Shown here: positions 1 through 6,775 of the stretch, piece by piece
Layout: each line of letters begins with the position of its first letter
Position numbering within the stretch: the stretch's first letter is position 1
Assembly (NCBI GenBank): GCA_037446635.1
Contig: JBBIIG010000082.1
Span: 1 to 16,991 of the forward strand
DNA: 16,991 nt
Direction: 5' to 3'
From: a bacterium
GTDB taxonomy: Bacteria; Zhuqueibacterota; Zhuqueibacteria; Oceanimicrobiales; Oceanimicrobiaceae
Program-made: the position numbers and the translations under genes
The notes under the pieces: model-generated
What the model saw: the letters and a program-made list of their open reading frames with translations, nothing else
Told to the model about the DNA's origin: nothing
Databases searched by the model: none

Positions 1-622
1 GAATGAGCATGTTGTACTCTTTGGAATCGAAAAGATGACCCGCCAGCACCAGCCCGGCGTGGGCGTCGTCGTGGGCCCGGGCCCAACCGTTGATCTGTTT
101 GGCGACCCGCGTTTCCTGCCCCGAACGCGTTTCACGAATGACGATCTCGCCATCAGAAATCGTGACCCTTTTTATGAAATCGTATTCTTTTATAAATGAA
201 CGGTAATGTTCCTCCTGTTCGCGGGTGAGATCGAGCGAGAGGTTGACGTCCGTCTTCGTCTCTTTATGGGCGGTGTATTTGATGGTCAGCCGCGGCTTGT
301 TGAAGATGATTTCTTCCGCCGATTTTTGGAGATCGCCGGTGCCTTTCAGCAAGCTGATTAGGCTGAAGCGCAATCGCAGCTCATCGACGGCAATTTCATA
401 GGGAGAGTCTTTGAAAGCGAGATGGACGCCGGAAAAATAAACGCTGCCCAACCCGATGCGGAAATTTTTTATACTGCTGGCGTCGCCTAAGCTGGTTTGT
501 AACTTCGTCAGCAAAAGGGTTTTCACGCTGGCGTTGCGCGCAAACATACTCCAGCCCTGCCAGACCAGGAAGGCAAAAAACAGAACCAACAGGGTTGTTC
601 TCAATAGCAGCTTGCGCAGCAT
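1..622 (-). CDS. AsmA/TamB-like envelope protein, N-terminal part (runs off the left edge)
   Basis: Not in the ORF track. Translated by hand from ATG at 622 (GGAG upstream, 3 nt after the uppS stop): MLRKLLLRTTLLVLFFAFLVWQGWSMFARNASVKTLLLTKLQTSLG...VYFSGVHLAF...IAVDELRLRFSLISLLKG...EEIIFNKPRLTI...IKRVTISDGEIVI. It is open for 207 codons to the edge. An N-terminal TM anchor, a helix and amphipathic beta strands ('LRFSLISLLKG', 'KPRLTI', 'ISDGEI') fit the AsmA/TamB N-terminus. The family call is by pattern only. Confidence 0.65.
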   Translation of the reverse strand, partial: MLRKLLLRTTLLVLFFAFLVWQGWSMFARNASVKTLLLTKLQTSLGDASSIKNFRIGLGSVYFSGVHLAFKDSPYEIAVDELRLRFSLISLLKGTGDLQKSAEEIIFNKPRLTIKYTAHKETKTDVNLSLDLTREQEEHYRSFIKEYDFIKRVTISDGEIVIRETRSGQETRVAKQINGWARAHDDAHAGLVLAGHLFDSKEYNMLI

Positions 623-625
623 TTT

Positions 626-1402
626 TTATATCGACTCCAACACGGGTTGTTTTTTTAACTGGTCGCTGACCAGACCGAAGCGGCGCTCGCGTTTCTGATA
701 AGCGCGAATGGCTTTGAAAAATTCCAGCCGGCGAAATTCCGGCCACAGCACTTCGGTCACGTAAATTTCAGTATAGGCGAGCTGCCAGAGGAGAAAATTG
801 CTAACCCGCAGCTCCCCGCTGGTGCGAATGAGCAAATCCGGATCGGGAATGGCCGCGGTGTAGAGATGCTGCGCGATGAGTTTTTCATCGACGCGGCCTT
901 TGTCGATTTGGCCCGCAAGCGCCTTCTGAACGATCTGGTTAACCGCCTCGGTGATCTCCTGGCGGCTGCTGTAACTGAGGGCTAAATTCAACGTCAGGCC
1001 GGTGTTGTTTCGCAGCATTCTGATGGCGCTTTCCATGCCGCGGCGCGCCGGCAGCGGCAAATCTCTCAACTTGCCGATGGTCATCAGCCGCACGTTGTTG
1101 CGGTTTAACTCATCCACCTCGGAGCGGATGGTGTTCACCAGCAGGCGCATGAGCGCGGCCACTTCGCCGTGCGGGCGGTTCCAGTTTTCAGTGGAGAAAG
1201 TGTAGAGCGTCAAATATTTGATGTTGATTTCGCCGCACGCCCGCACCACCTCACGCACCGAGTTGATGCCCTCGCGATGCCCGGCCACGCGCGGCAGATT
1301 TTTACTGCGCGCCCAGCGGCCATTGCCATCCATGATTATGGCGACGTGCGCTGGCAAATTGCCCTGTTGTAGAATTTGCTGTTTGAGTATTTCTTCTTCC
1401 AT
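626..1402 (-). CDS. uppS: Undecaprenyl diphosphate synthase (cis-isoprenyl transferase)
   Basis: Hallmark motifs HVAIIMDGNGRWA, LTLYTFSTENWNRP, LALSYSSRQE, PDPDLLIRTSGELRVSNFLLWQLAY and RERRFG. Confidence 0.98.
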   Translation of the reverse strand: MEEEILKQQILQQGNLPAHVAIIMDGNGRWARSKNLPRVAGHREGINSVREVVRACGEINIKYLTLYTFSTENWNRPHGEVAALMRLLVNTIRSEVDELNRNNVRLMTIGKLRDLPLPARRGMESAIRMLRNNTGLTLNLALSYSSRQEITEAVNQIVQKALAGQIDKGRVDEKLIAQHLYTAAIPDPDLLIRTSGELRVSNFLLWQLAYTEIYVTEVLWPEFRRLEFFKAIRAYQKRERRFGLVSDQLKKQPVLESI

Positions 1403-1436
1403 GAGGACCTCATCAAGAATGTCGTTAAGGGTTTTT

Positions 1437-1465
1437 AAGTTAATTGAAAATTGCTATAAAGTCAA
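1437..1465 (-). promoter_or_regulatory. Putative sigma70 promoter of the uppS operon
   Basis: Minus strand TTGACT-N17-TAACTT, about 35 nt upstream of the uppS ATG. Confidence 0.6.
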
Positions 1466-1555
1466 TTAATTTCTTGCGCGATAACTTCTTTATTTATTCC
1501 TTCCTGTCCGCCCATCTTTCACAGCGTCGCCGCAAAATGGTTCCCATCAATTTCC

Positions 1556-1584
1556 TTGATGTTTGAGCGGGGGTTTTTTAATAT
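1556..1584 (+). promoter_or_regulatory. Putative sigma70 promoter of the EamA gene (leaderless geometry)
   Basis: TTGATG-N17-TAATAT ends 6 nt before the GTG at 1591, and there is no SD. Confidence 0.55.
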
Positions 1585-1590
1585 CAGTCC

Positions 1591-2472
1591 GTGATCGTTC
1601 CCTCAAAACGCAAGTACCTTGCCGAGCTGTTGACCCTCGCCGCCAGCCTGTTGTGGGGCTCGTCGTTTGTGGCCATCAAAATCGGTTTGCAGCACCTCGA
1701 CCCCCTCTGGTTCGTGCAGCTTCGAATGTTCTTCGCCTTTGCGATTTTGTATCTGATGTTCAAACGCGCCATCCGCCTCCGGTTTTATCTTTCCAATAAA
1801 TGGATTTGGCTGATGGCGCTGTGCCATTTTCTGGCTTACAGCCTGCAATTCACCGGTATGCCGTTCATCTCCGCCAGCGCCGCGGCGTTTTACGTCAACT
1901 TGGCGGTGGTGTTTACCGCGGTGTTTTCGTTTGTCTTTCTGCGCGAATATTTTGGCGGCGCGAAAATCGCCGGCTTGATGTTGGCCCTCGCTGGCGTGTT
2001 TTTGCTCTCCACCAACGGCGAACTGGGGCGCCTGCAGGACGAGTCCCTTTTAATGGGGTCGTTGGTGATCGTCAGCGGCATGTTCTGGGCGCTTTATACT
2101 GTCGTCAACAAAAAAATTCTCAGCGATCCCAAAATCGAGGTGCTGCCTTTAACCGCCGCGGTGCTGTTGATTTCATCCACCCTGCTGTTGATTCCAGCGT
2201 CGATTTGGGGGACGTGGCCCGCGCAGTGGAGCTGGCTGAGCGGCGGCGTTTTGTTTTACACCGTCGTGTTCTGCACTCTGCTGCCGTTCTTGTTGTTCGC
2301 CGAGGGGCTGCGCGGGATCAGCCCCACAGTGTCAGCCACAATATTACTTACAGAACCGATTTTTGCGGCGCTGTTTGCCTACCCGATTTTGGGTGAGCTG
2401 TTCCGCTCATGGGAAGCCTTGGGCGCGATTTTGATTTTTCTGGCGCTCGCGCTCATTTCATACAGTCGGTAA
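1591..2472 (+). CDS. DMT/EamA family transporter
   Basis: 293 aa, about 10 TM helices in two EamA repeats: LLWGSSFVAIK...RMFFA, FLREYFG...G, WALYTVVNKK, and LTEPIFAALFAYPILGE. Confidence 0.93.
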   Translation: MIVPSKRKYLAELLTLAASLLWGSSFVAIKIGLQHLDPLWFVQLRMFFAFAILYLMFKRAIRLRFYLSNKWIWLMALCHFLAYSLQFTGMPFISASAAAFYVNLAVVFTAVFSFVFLREYFGGAKIAGLMLALAGVFLLSTNGELGRLQDESLLMGSLVIVSGMFWALYTVVNKKILSDPKIEVLPLTAAVLLISSTLLLIPASIWGTWPAQWSWLSGGVLFYTVVFCTLLPFLLFAEGLRGISPTVSATILLTEPIFAALFAYPILGELFRSWEALGAILIFLALALISYSR

Positions 2473-2486
2473 CGCGCGCGTTTTGT

Positions 2487-3005
2487 TTAGCCAGATTTTT
2501 TTCGCTGAAAAAAATGATCGGCGTCCGGCACCTGTTTGCCTTTCAGAATTTCGATGGCGTGGGGCAGCACCGGCAAAATCGCCGCGAGGTTTTCACGCAC
2601 GCCTTTGGGGCTGCCCGGCAGATTGATGATGAGAGATTTTTCGTAGGTGCCGACCACGGCGCGAGAGAGCATGGCGTGGGGGGTGTGTTTGAGGCCAGCA
2701 GCGCGCATCACTTCCTCAATGCCGGGGACGCGGCGCTCGATGACCGCAAGGGTGGCCTCAGGGGTGACGTCGGTGGGAGAGAGGCCGGTGCCGCCAGTGG
2801 TGAGAATGAGCTCGGCTTTGACCGCCTCCGCCATGCGCTTGAGATGCCAGATGATTTCTTTTTGGTCGTCCGGGATGAGTTGATAATCCACCACCTTGCC
2901 GTCAATTTGTTGGACGATTTCTTTGATGACAGCGCCGCTGACGTCCTCGCGTTCGCCGCGGCTGCCGCGGGTGGAGATGGTGAGAATGGCAATTTTGAGG
3001 GGCAT
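2487..3005 (-). CDS. mog: MogA/MoaB family molybdopterin adenylyltransferase
   Basis: Motifs ILTIS...REDVSG, LILTTGGTGLSPTDVTPEAT, AMLSRAVVG and LIINLPGSPKGVRE. Confidence 0.92.
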   Translation of the reverse strand: MPLKIAILTISTRGSRGEREDVSGAVIKEIVQQIDGKVVDYQLIPDDQKEIIWHLKRMAEAVKAELILTTGGTGLSPTDVTPEATLAVIERRVPGIEEVMRAAGLKHTPHAMLSRAVVGTYEKSLIINLPGSPKGVRENLAAILPVLPHAIEILKGKQVPDADHFFQRKKSG

Positions 3006-3011
3006 GAGAGA

Positions 3012-3040
3012 AAATTGTCAATTGACAATTATCAATTGAC
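3012..3040. repeat. Heptamer (CAATTGA-like) tandem repeat containing a perfect 18-bp palindrome
   Basis: AATTGTC-AATTGAC-AATTATC-AATTGAC. Positions 3013-3030, AATTGTCAA|TTGACAATT, are self-complementary. Confidence 0.8.
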
Positions 3041-3045
3041 TCGCT

Positions 3046-3232
3046 TCACAGAGTTATTTGGTAAGTGAGTACATCCGCGGCTTCTTTATTAAGCCGGTTT
3101 GCATTGTGGTTAATTAATTCCAGTTTCACTCAAGTCTTGCGCAGGCTTCTTTTGATTAGCAAGAAAAGTTTTCAGAATCTTTTTATCCTGCAAGATTTTT
3201 TTCTCAATGGAAATTTTGGTTTCTACTTTCAT
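3046..3232 (-). pseudogene. Decayed ribbon-helix-helix (CopG-type) antitoxin of a probable PemK/MazF-type TA module
   Basis: ATG 3232 reads MKVETKISIEKKILQDKKILKTFLANQKKPAQDLSE. After one extra A near 3125 it continues LELINHNANRLNKEAADVLTYQITL to TGA at 3046. The span is 187 nt (62 codons + 1). The N-terminal MKVxTxI strand and the 'LE.IN..A.RLN.EA.DVL.YQ' tail match RHH antitoxins I recall upstream of PemK/MazF toxins. The central helix seems deleted. Confidence 0.6.
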
Positions 3233-3239
3233 ATTCCGC

Positions 3240-3267
3240 AATTTAACAGAAAGGTTTGAAATCGCAA
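3240..3267 (-). promoter_or_regulatory. Putative promoter of the antitoxin remnant (extended -10, leaderless geometry)
   Basis: Minus strand TTGCGA-N16-TAAATT with TGn before the -10. The -10 ends 7 nt before ATG 3232, and there is no SD. Confidence 0.45.
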
Positions 3268-3309
3268 GATTTTTTTCCGTGGCACTCTTCTGCTAACGGT
3301 TTTGCCAAC

Positions 3310-3772
3310 TTATCCCGCTAACTTTTCCAGCGCTTCGCCCGTCAGCCGGACACCGTCCAATCGGACATCGGGGTCGCGCCGAGTCTTTATTTGCGTTCTT
3401 TCGCGAGGCGGGCGAGATAGGCGAGCATCTCCCGGCCCCAGCCTTGGCCGCGCATTTCCGGGATCACAAACAAGTCTTCCAAGTAGAGGCCGGGCTTTCC
3501 TAAAAACGTCGAATAATTGTGAAAGAAGAGCGCGTCGGAACCGATCCGCTTCGCGGAAAAGCTGCCGGCTGATTTTGGTAGTAGCCGATCGCCACTTCGG
3601 CGAAGGGCCGCTCTCCGAAAAGCGTCGCGCGCAAGCCTTCTTCGGTGGCCGTTACTTCGTGGGCGAGGCGCTCGTACTCCGCTAACTGCTTGATGAAAGC
3701 AAGGATGAGCGGCGCCTCCTCCTCTTTCGCCGGTTTAATGACGAAGTGGGGAATTCGAGTTGAGCCTTCCAT
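3310..3772 (-). pseudogene. GNAT N-acetyltransferase (diamine/spermidine acetyltransferase, SSAT-like) pseudogene
   Basis: Reconstructed as ...LILAFIKQLAEYERLAHEVTATEEGLRATLFGERPFAEVAIGYYQNQPAAF [23-nt insert 3535-3557] ALFFHNYSTFLGKPGLYLEDLFVIPEMRGQGWGREMLAYLARLAKERK, then TAA at 3387-3389. The usual 'CGRxEWxVLDWNxxAIxFY' block is absent there. It resumes RLGATPMSDWTV [1-nt frameshift near 3349] RLTGEALEKLAG to TAA at 3310. Confidence 0.9.
3535..3557. mobile_element. 23-nt double mini-hairpin insertion inside the GNAT gene
   Basis: Minus strand TCCGC-GAA-GCGGA + TCGG-TT-CCGA. Removing it restores GCT TTC GCG CTC TTC TTT (A-F-A-L-F-F) in frame. Mobility is inferred. Confidence 0.7.
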
Positions 3773-3793
3773 TTTTTGGCAGTCTGAAATTAT

Positions 3794-4741
3794 TCAGTTT
3801 GATAGCCCCAACTCGCTTCGTAAAACGGAATCCGCAGGGGTGTGCCGCGTCCAGTAATCGGACCGGATCGAGTGCGTCTTCACCGCTTTGGTGGTGAGCA
3901 GTTTTGCCGCGGGGCCGAATCCGCTCATGTTGGTTTCTTCCCACCCCACGATGCGATGGGGAAAATTCGTTTCAAATTTAATGGCGAGTTTTCTTTCGAT
4001 GTCTTTATACTCGATGGCATAAACTTGCAGCTCATCCGGGGAGAGCTTGGCGTCGCTAGTTGCCGTGAGGGTCGCGACGGCGGTTTCAATTTTCAGCGGC
4101 TGGTGGCGCAGCCGGGAAAATTGCTGGCCGGGAATGATTTTGATTTCGCCGGTGGGCAGCGACTGCGGCGCCAGCCGGATTTTCGTCCACACCTCGTCTT
4201 CCAATAACGCTTCACCGAGTTGGAAATTCTGATCGCCTTCGCTCTGAAAATAGGAACGCACCTGCACGTCGAATTGGCCGACGCGGCGGTTGATCTGGGT
4301 GAAGGTATGCCCACACCACTCCTGCGCAGACGAGGTGACTTTCAAAGTCGGGCTCACGCCGTCGGCTGGGGTGAAAACCGAGGTCATCAAAGAATAGGGA
4401 TAAAGCCCGGTGTTGAATTTTTTGGTGAAGTTCAGCTTCAGTACGGAAACGGCGTTTTTACGATCGCCGAATTCGTACTTCACTTGTTTGTCGGTGAGAA
4501 AATCTTCGGTCACGAAAATCAGCACAGCGTCGCCGCGGTGGATTTCACCGTAGCGCGCCTGTTCGAGGGCGTAGCGCGTCAGCTCGGCTTGGCCGGCGTA
4601 CCAGTACTGATTGAAGACGGTGCGATCCACGGAGGCGGCGTTGCTTTCTCCCGACGAGCAGCTGGAAAGGCCCACGGCGGCCGCAACCAAAAGCAAGCCG
4701 CTGAGAATTCGGAATTGAAAATGCGTCGTCCTACTTTTCAT
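3794..4741 (-). CDS. Conserved hypothetical lipoprotein
   Basis: 315 aa with SD AAGGAG and a signal peptide ending in lipobox LSSC. The core FNQYWYAGQAELTRYALEQARYGE...LIFVTEDF...VLKLN...TGLYPYS...SAQEWCGH...SYFQSEGD resembles a Bacteroidota family that I recall being labelled 'septum formation inhibitor Maf', but no Maf motifs are present. Confidence 0.8.
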   Translation of the reverse strand: MKSRTTHFQFRILSGLLLVAAAVGLSSCSSGESNAASVDRTVFNQYWYAGQAELTRYALEQARYGEIHRGDAVLIFVTEDFLTDKQVKYEFGDRKNAVSVLKLNFTKKFNTGLYPYSLMTSVFTPADGVSPTLKVTSSAQEWCGHTFTQINRRVGQFDVQVRSYFQSEGDQNFQLGEALLEDEVWTKIRLAPQSLPTGEIKIIPGQQFSRLRHQPLKIETAVATLTATSDAKLSPDELQVYAIEYKDIERKLAIKFETNFPHRIVGWEETNMSGFGPAAKLLTTKAVKTHSIRSDYWTRHTPADSVLRSELGLSN

Positions 4742-4934
4742 TATTTCACCACTCCTTTAAATAGTCGAAAATTATGGGATTTTTAAGTCCGCTGTTTCTG
4801 ATGATCCGACGTTCTACCCGTCTAAAACGACTGCCGTGAAGCAAACATTCCGGAAATGACAAATTAAAAAATTTGAATAGAATTAAGATAGAAATTTGGG
4901 AGGAGGGATCAAATAAAAAAATTGGGACACGATT

Positions 4935-5053
4935 GCACAGCGCGGCGAAACTCAACCGCAAAGTTCGCAAAGAAAACGCAATGCGCGCCACGGGAAAGTA
5001 TATTTTTTCTTGCGATCTTTGCGATAACTTTGCGTTCCTTGCGGTTGCTGTGC
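4935..5053. repeat. Imperfect inverted-repeat element built of about 9-11-nt CGCAAAG units
   Basis: Left arm CAACCGCAAAG-TTCGCAAAG-AAAACGCAATG-CGCGCCACG. Right arm CTTGCGA-TCTTTGCGA-TAACTTTGCG-TTCCTTGCGGTTG. Outer GCACAG/CTGTGC. Confidence 0.85.
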
Positions 5054-5077
5054 CGATTCGTCAATCTGTGTGCTATC

Positions 5078-5650
5078 TTACGCGCGCTGGCGGTGCAGCG
5101 ATTTGTCCACTACGCCGGCCATCTTTTGGGTGTCGAGGTTCCCGCCAAGAAATTGATTGATCTTTTCGATCACCGGCAGTGGGTTTTCCAGCGCCTCGGT
5201 GTAGTGAACGTAGAGTACCTCCATGTTGGGTTGTTTGCTGAGCCAGGTCTCCACCTGCAGGAGGTGAGTCTGAAAAATCTTGGCCATTTTTTCGTCGCTG
5301 ATGGTGTCGGTGGGTTCGCCGCGGCGGATGAGCATCTGCTTCTGAGAAGCCAGCACCTCTTCCATTTTGCGGCGCATGAAAACGATTTTGTATTTATATT
5401 CCGCCGGCAGTTGCTTCAGTAGCTGCGAAATAATTTTGACGACCTTCCCGCGCGCATCCTGCAGCCAGTCTTTGTTGCTTTCCAACTGTTTCACTACTTC
5501 AAATTCATAGTAGCCTTTGGGATTGTCTTCGTCGGCGGTGCGGATGTTATCGGTTAAAATCGGCAAACCGCCGGCTTCGAGCATTTTCATCATCATCGAG
5601 GTGCCCGAGCGCGGCAAACCCGAAACAACGATCACAGCATCTTGGTTCAT
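5078..5650 (-). CDS. Sulfotransferase family protein (PAPS-dependent)
   Basis: 5'-PSB loop VVSGLPRSGTSMMM, NPKGYYE, 3'-PB-like IVFMRR...VLAS, and VHYTEALENP. SD GGAG. Confidence 0.88.
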   Translation of the reverse strand: MNQDAVIVVSGLPRSGTSMMMKMLEAGGLPILTDNIRTADEDNPKGYYEFEVVKQLESNKDWLQDARGKVVKIISQLLKQLPAEYKYKIVFMRRKMEEVLASQKQMLIRRGEPTDTISDEKMAKIFQTHLLQVETWLSKQPNMEVLYVHYTEALENPLPVIEKINQFLGGNLDTQKMAGVVDKSLHRQRA

Positions 5651-5756
5651 TATTTAACTCCGTTCATTGTATGATTTTCAAAATTACATCGGCTGAAATC
5701 CCAAAATACTCAAGTTAAATACTCGATTCCTTCCGAATTTGCGTAAACACTGAACC

Positions 5757-6689
5757 CTAACTTATCGCCACCACCACGCCGAGGGAAATCATTCCCAGCA
5801 CCGTGCTGATCACCACGGCGCCGGCAGCCAGCGCGTCGTCGCCGCCGATCTGGTTGGTGAGAACATAGGCGGCAGCGGCGGTTGGACAGGCCAGATAAAT
5901 CAGGGCGATGCGGGTTTCGGCCGGCGAGAGCTGCAGCCACTGCGCGGCGTAAAATCCAATGACCGGCGCCGCGCCGACTTTGAGCAGCGCGGCCGCGGCG
6001 GCGAAACCAATGCGCGCATGAAACTCCGCCGAGGCCAGCGCGCCGCCGATGCACATCAGCGCCAGCGGCAGCGCCATCTGGCTCACCGCCTCGAAGGTGC
6101 GCATCAGCGCCAACGGCAGCTCCCAACCCATCACCACGAACATCCCGCCAGCGACGCTGGCGATCACCAGCGGATTGGTAATCATTGGCTGCAAAAATTT
6201 TTTGAGCGACCCCCGCTGGGATTTTTGGCGGCTGACCAGCAGCACGATCACCGACAGCAAATTGTAAATCGGCGTTATGGGCGCAATTACCAAAATACCC
6301 AGCATCTCTAGATTGCCGTCAACGCCGGGCAAATCCGAGGAAGTGTAAATCAGCACCGGCAGCCCGATGAACGCCAGGTTGCCGCGGAACGCCGCTTGCA
6401 CGAACGTGCCCACCGCAGGCGCCGGCGTCCGCAGCAGCCACGCCGTCAGGTACCCCAGAATTAAAACGCCGGACATTCCAATCACCACCACCAAAAACAC
6501 ACGCCCGGCGGTGCCGAGGTCGTAATGGGCACTGGCAATTTTATAAAACAACAGGCACGGCAGCCCCACCCAGTAGGTGACCCGATTCAGTTTATTTAAA
6601 TCGGCTTCGGAGAGGAAGCGGCTTTTTAAAAGCGCAGCGCCTAAGGCGATGATCAAAACTACTGGCGCGAGGGAGTTGAAAACGTGCAT
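5757..6689 (-). CDS. AEC (auxin efflux carrier / malate permease) family transporter
   Basis: 310 aa, about 10 TM. Motifs LNRVTYWVGLPCLLF, FRGNLAFIGLP, NPLVIAS, ALPLALMCIGG, PTAAAAYVL and ISTVLG. Confidence 0.92.
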   Translation of the reverse strand: MHVFNSLAPVVLIIALGAALLKSRFLSEADLNKLNRVTYWVGLPCLLFYKIASAHYDLGTAGRVFLVVVIGMSGVLILGYLTAWLLRTPAPAVGTFVQAAFRGNLAFIGLPVLIYTSSDLPGVDGNLEMLGILVIAPITPIYNLLSVIVLLVSRQKSQRGSLKKFLQPMITNPLVIASVAGGMFVVMGWELPLALMRTFEAVSQMALPLALMCIGGALASAEFHARIGFAAAAALLKVGAAPVIGFYAAQWLQLSPAETRIALIYLACPTAAAAYVLTNQIGGDDALAAGAVVISTVLGMISLGVVVAIS

Positions 6690-6775
6690 GGCGATTTTTT
6701 TAGTAAGGGCGGTTTGAAAGGCTAGCGGGTCCCTTCAGCCTGTTCAAGGAAGCACGCGGACAAACGAAAATCTTT

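Noticed and set aside
2471..2482. AACGCGCGCGTT palindrome between the convergent EamA and mog genes read as a terminator
   Set aside because: Only about 4 bp of stem remain once a loop is allowed, which is too weak to call.
3013..3040. Palindrome upstream of mog read as a Fur/ModE operator or Moco riboswitch
   Set aside because: It is a 7-nt tandem array rather than a Fur hexamer or ModE box, and there is no room for a riboswitch fold. An operator role cannot be fully excluded.
3065..3259. 64-aa plus-strand ORF
   Set aside because: It is antisense to the antitoxin remnant, has no SD and shows no family features.
3285..3309. GTTAGCA on the minus strand after the GNAT stop, resembling an integron attC core (R')
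   Set aside because: I found no matching inverse core (TAAC) at a suitable distance, no attC stem and no integrase.
3046..3772. GNAT next to an RHH gene read as an AtaRT/TacAT-type toxin-antitoxin pair
   Set aside because: The GNAT is SSAT-like, lies upstream rather than downstream, and the RHH remnant has its own promoter and a different coupled start.
3500..3772. 90-aa ORF treated as an intact small protein
   Set aside because: Its tail (PRSGSVPTRSSFTIIRRF) is the frameshift product of the 23-nt insert. GNAT homology continues in another frame.
4746..5422. ORFs 4746-4991, 4873-5160 and 4922-5422
   Set aside because: These are translations of the CGCAAAG repeat or antisense overlaps of the sulfotransferase.
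5704..5724. Direct repeat AAATACTC x2 (13-nt spacing) upstream of the sulfotransferase
   Set aside because: Short and AT-rich, with only two copies and no regulator nearby, so compatible with chance.
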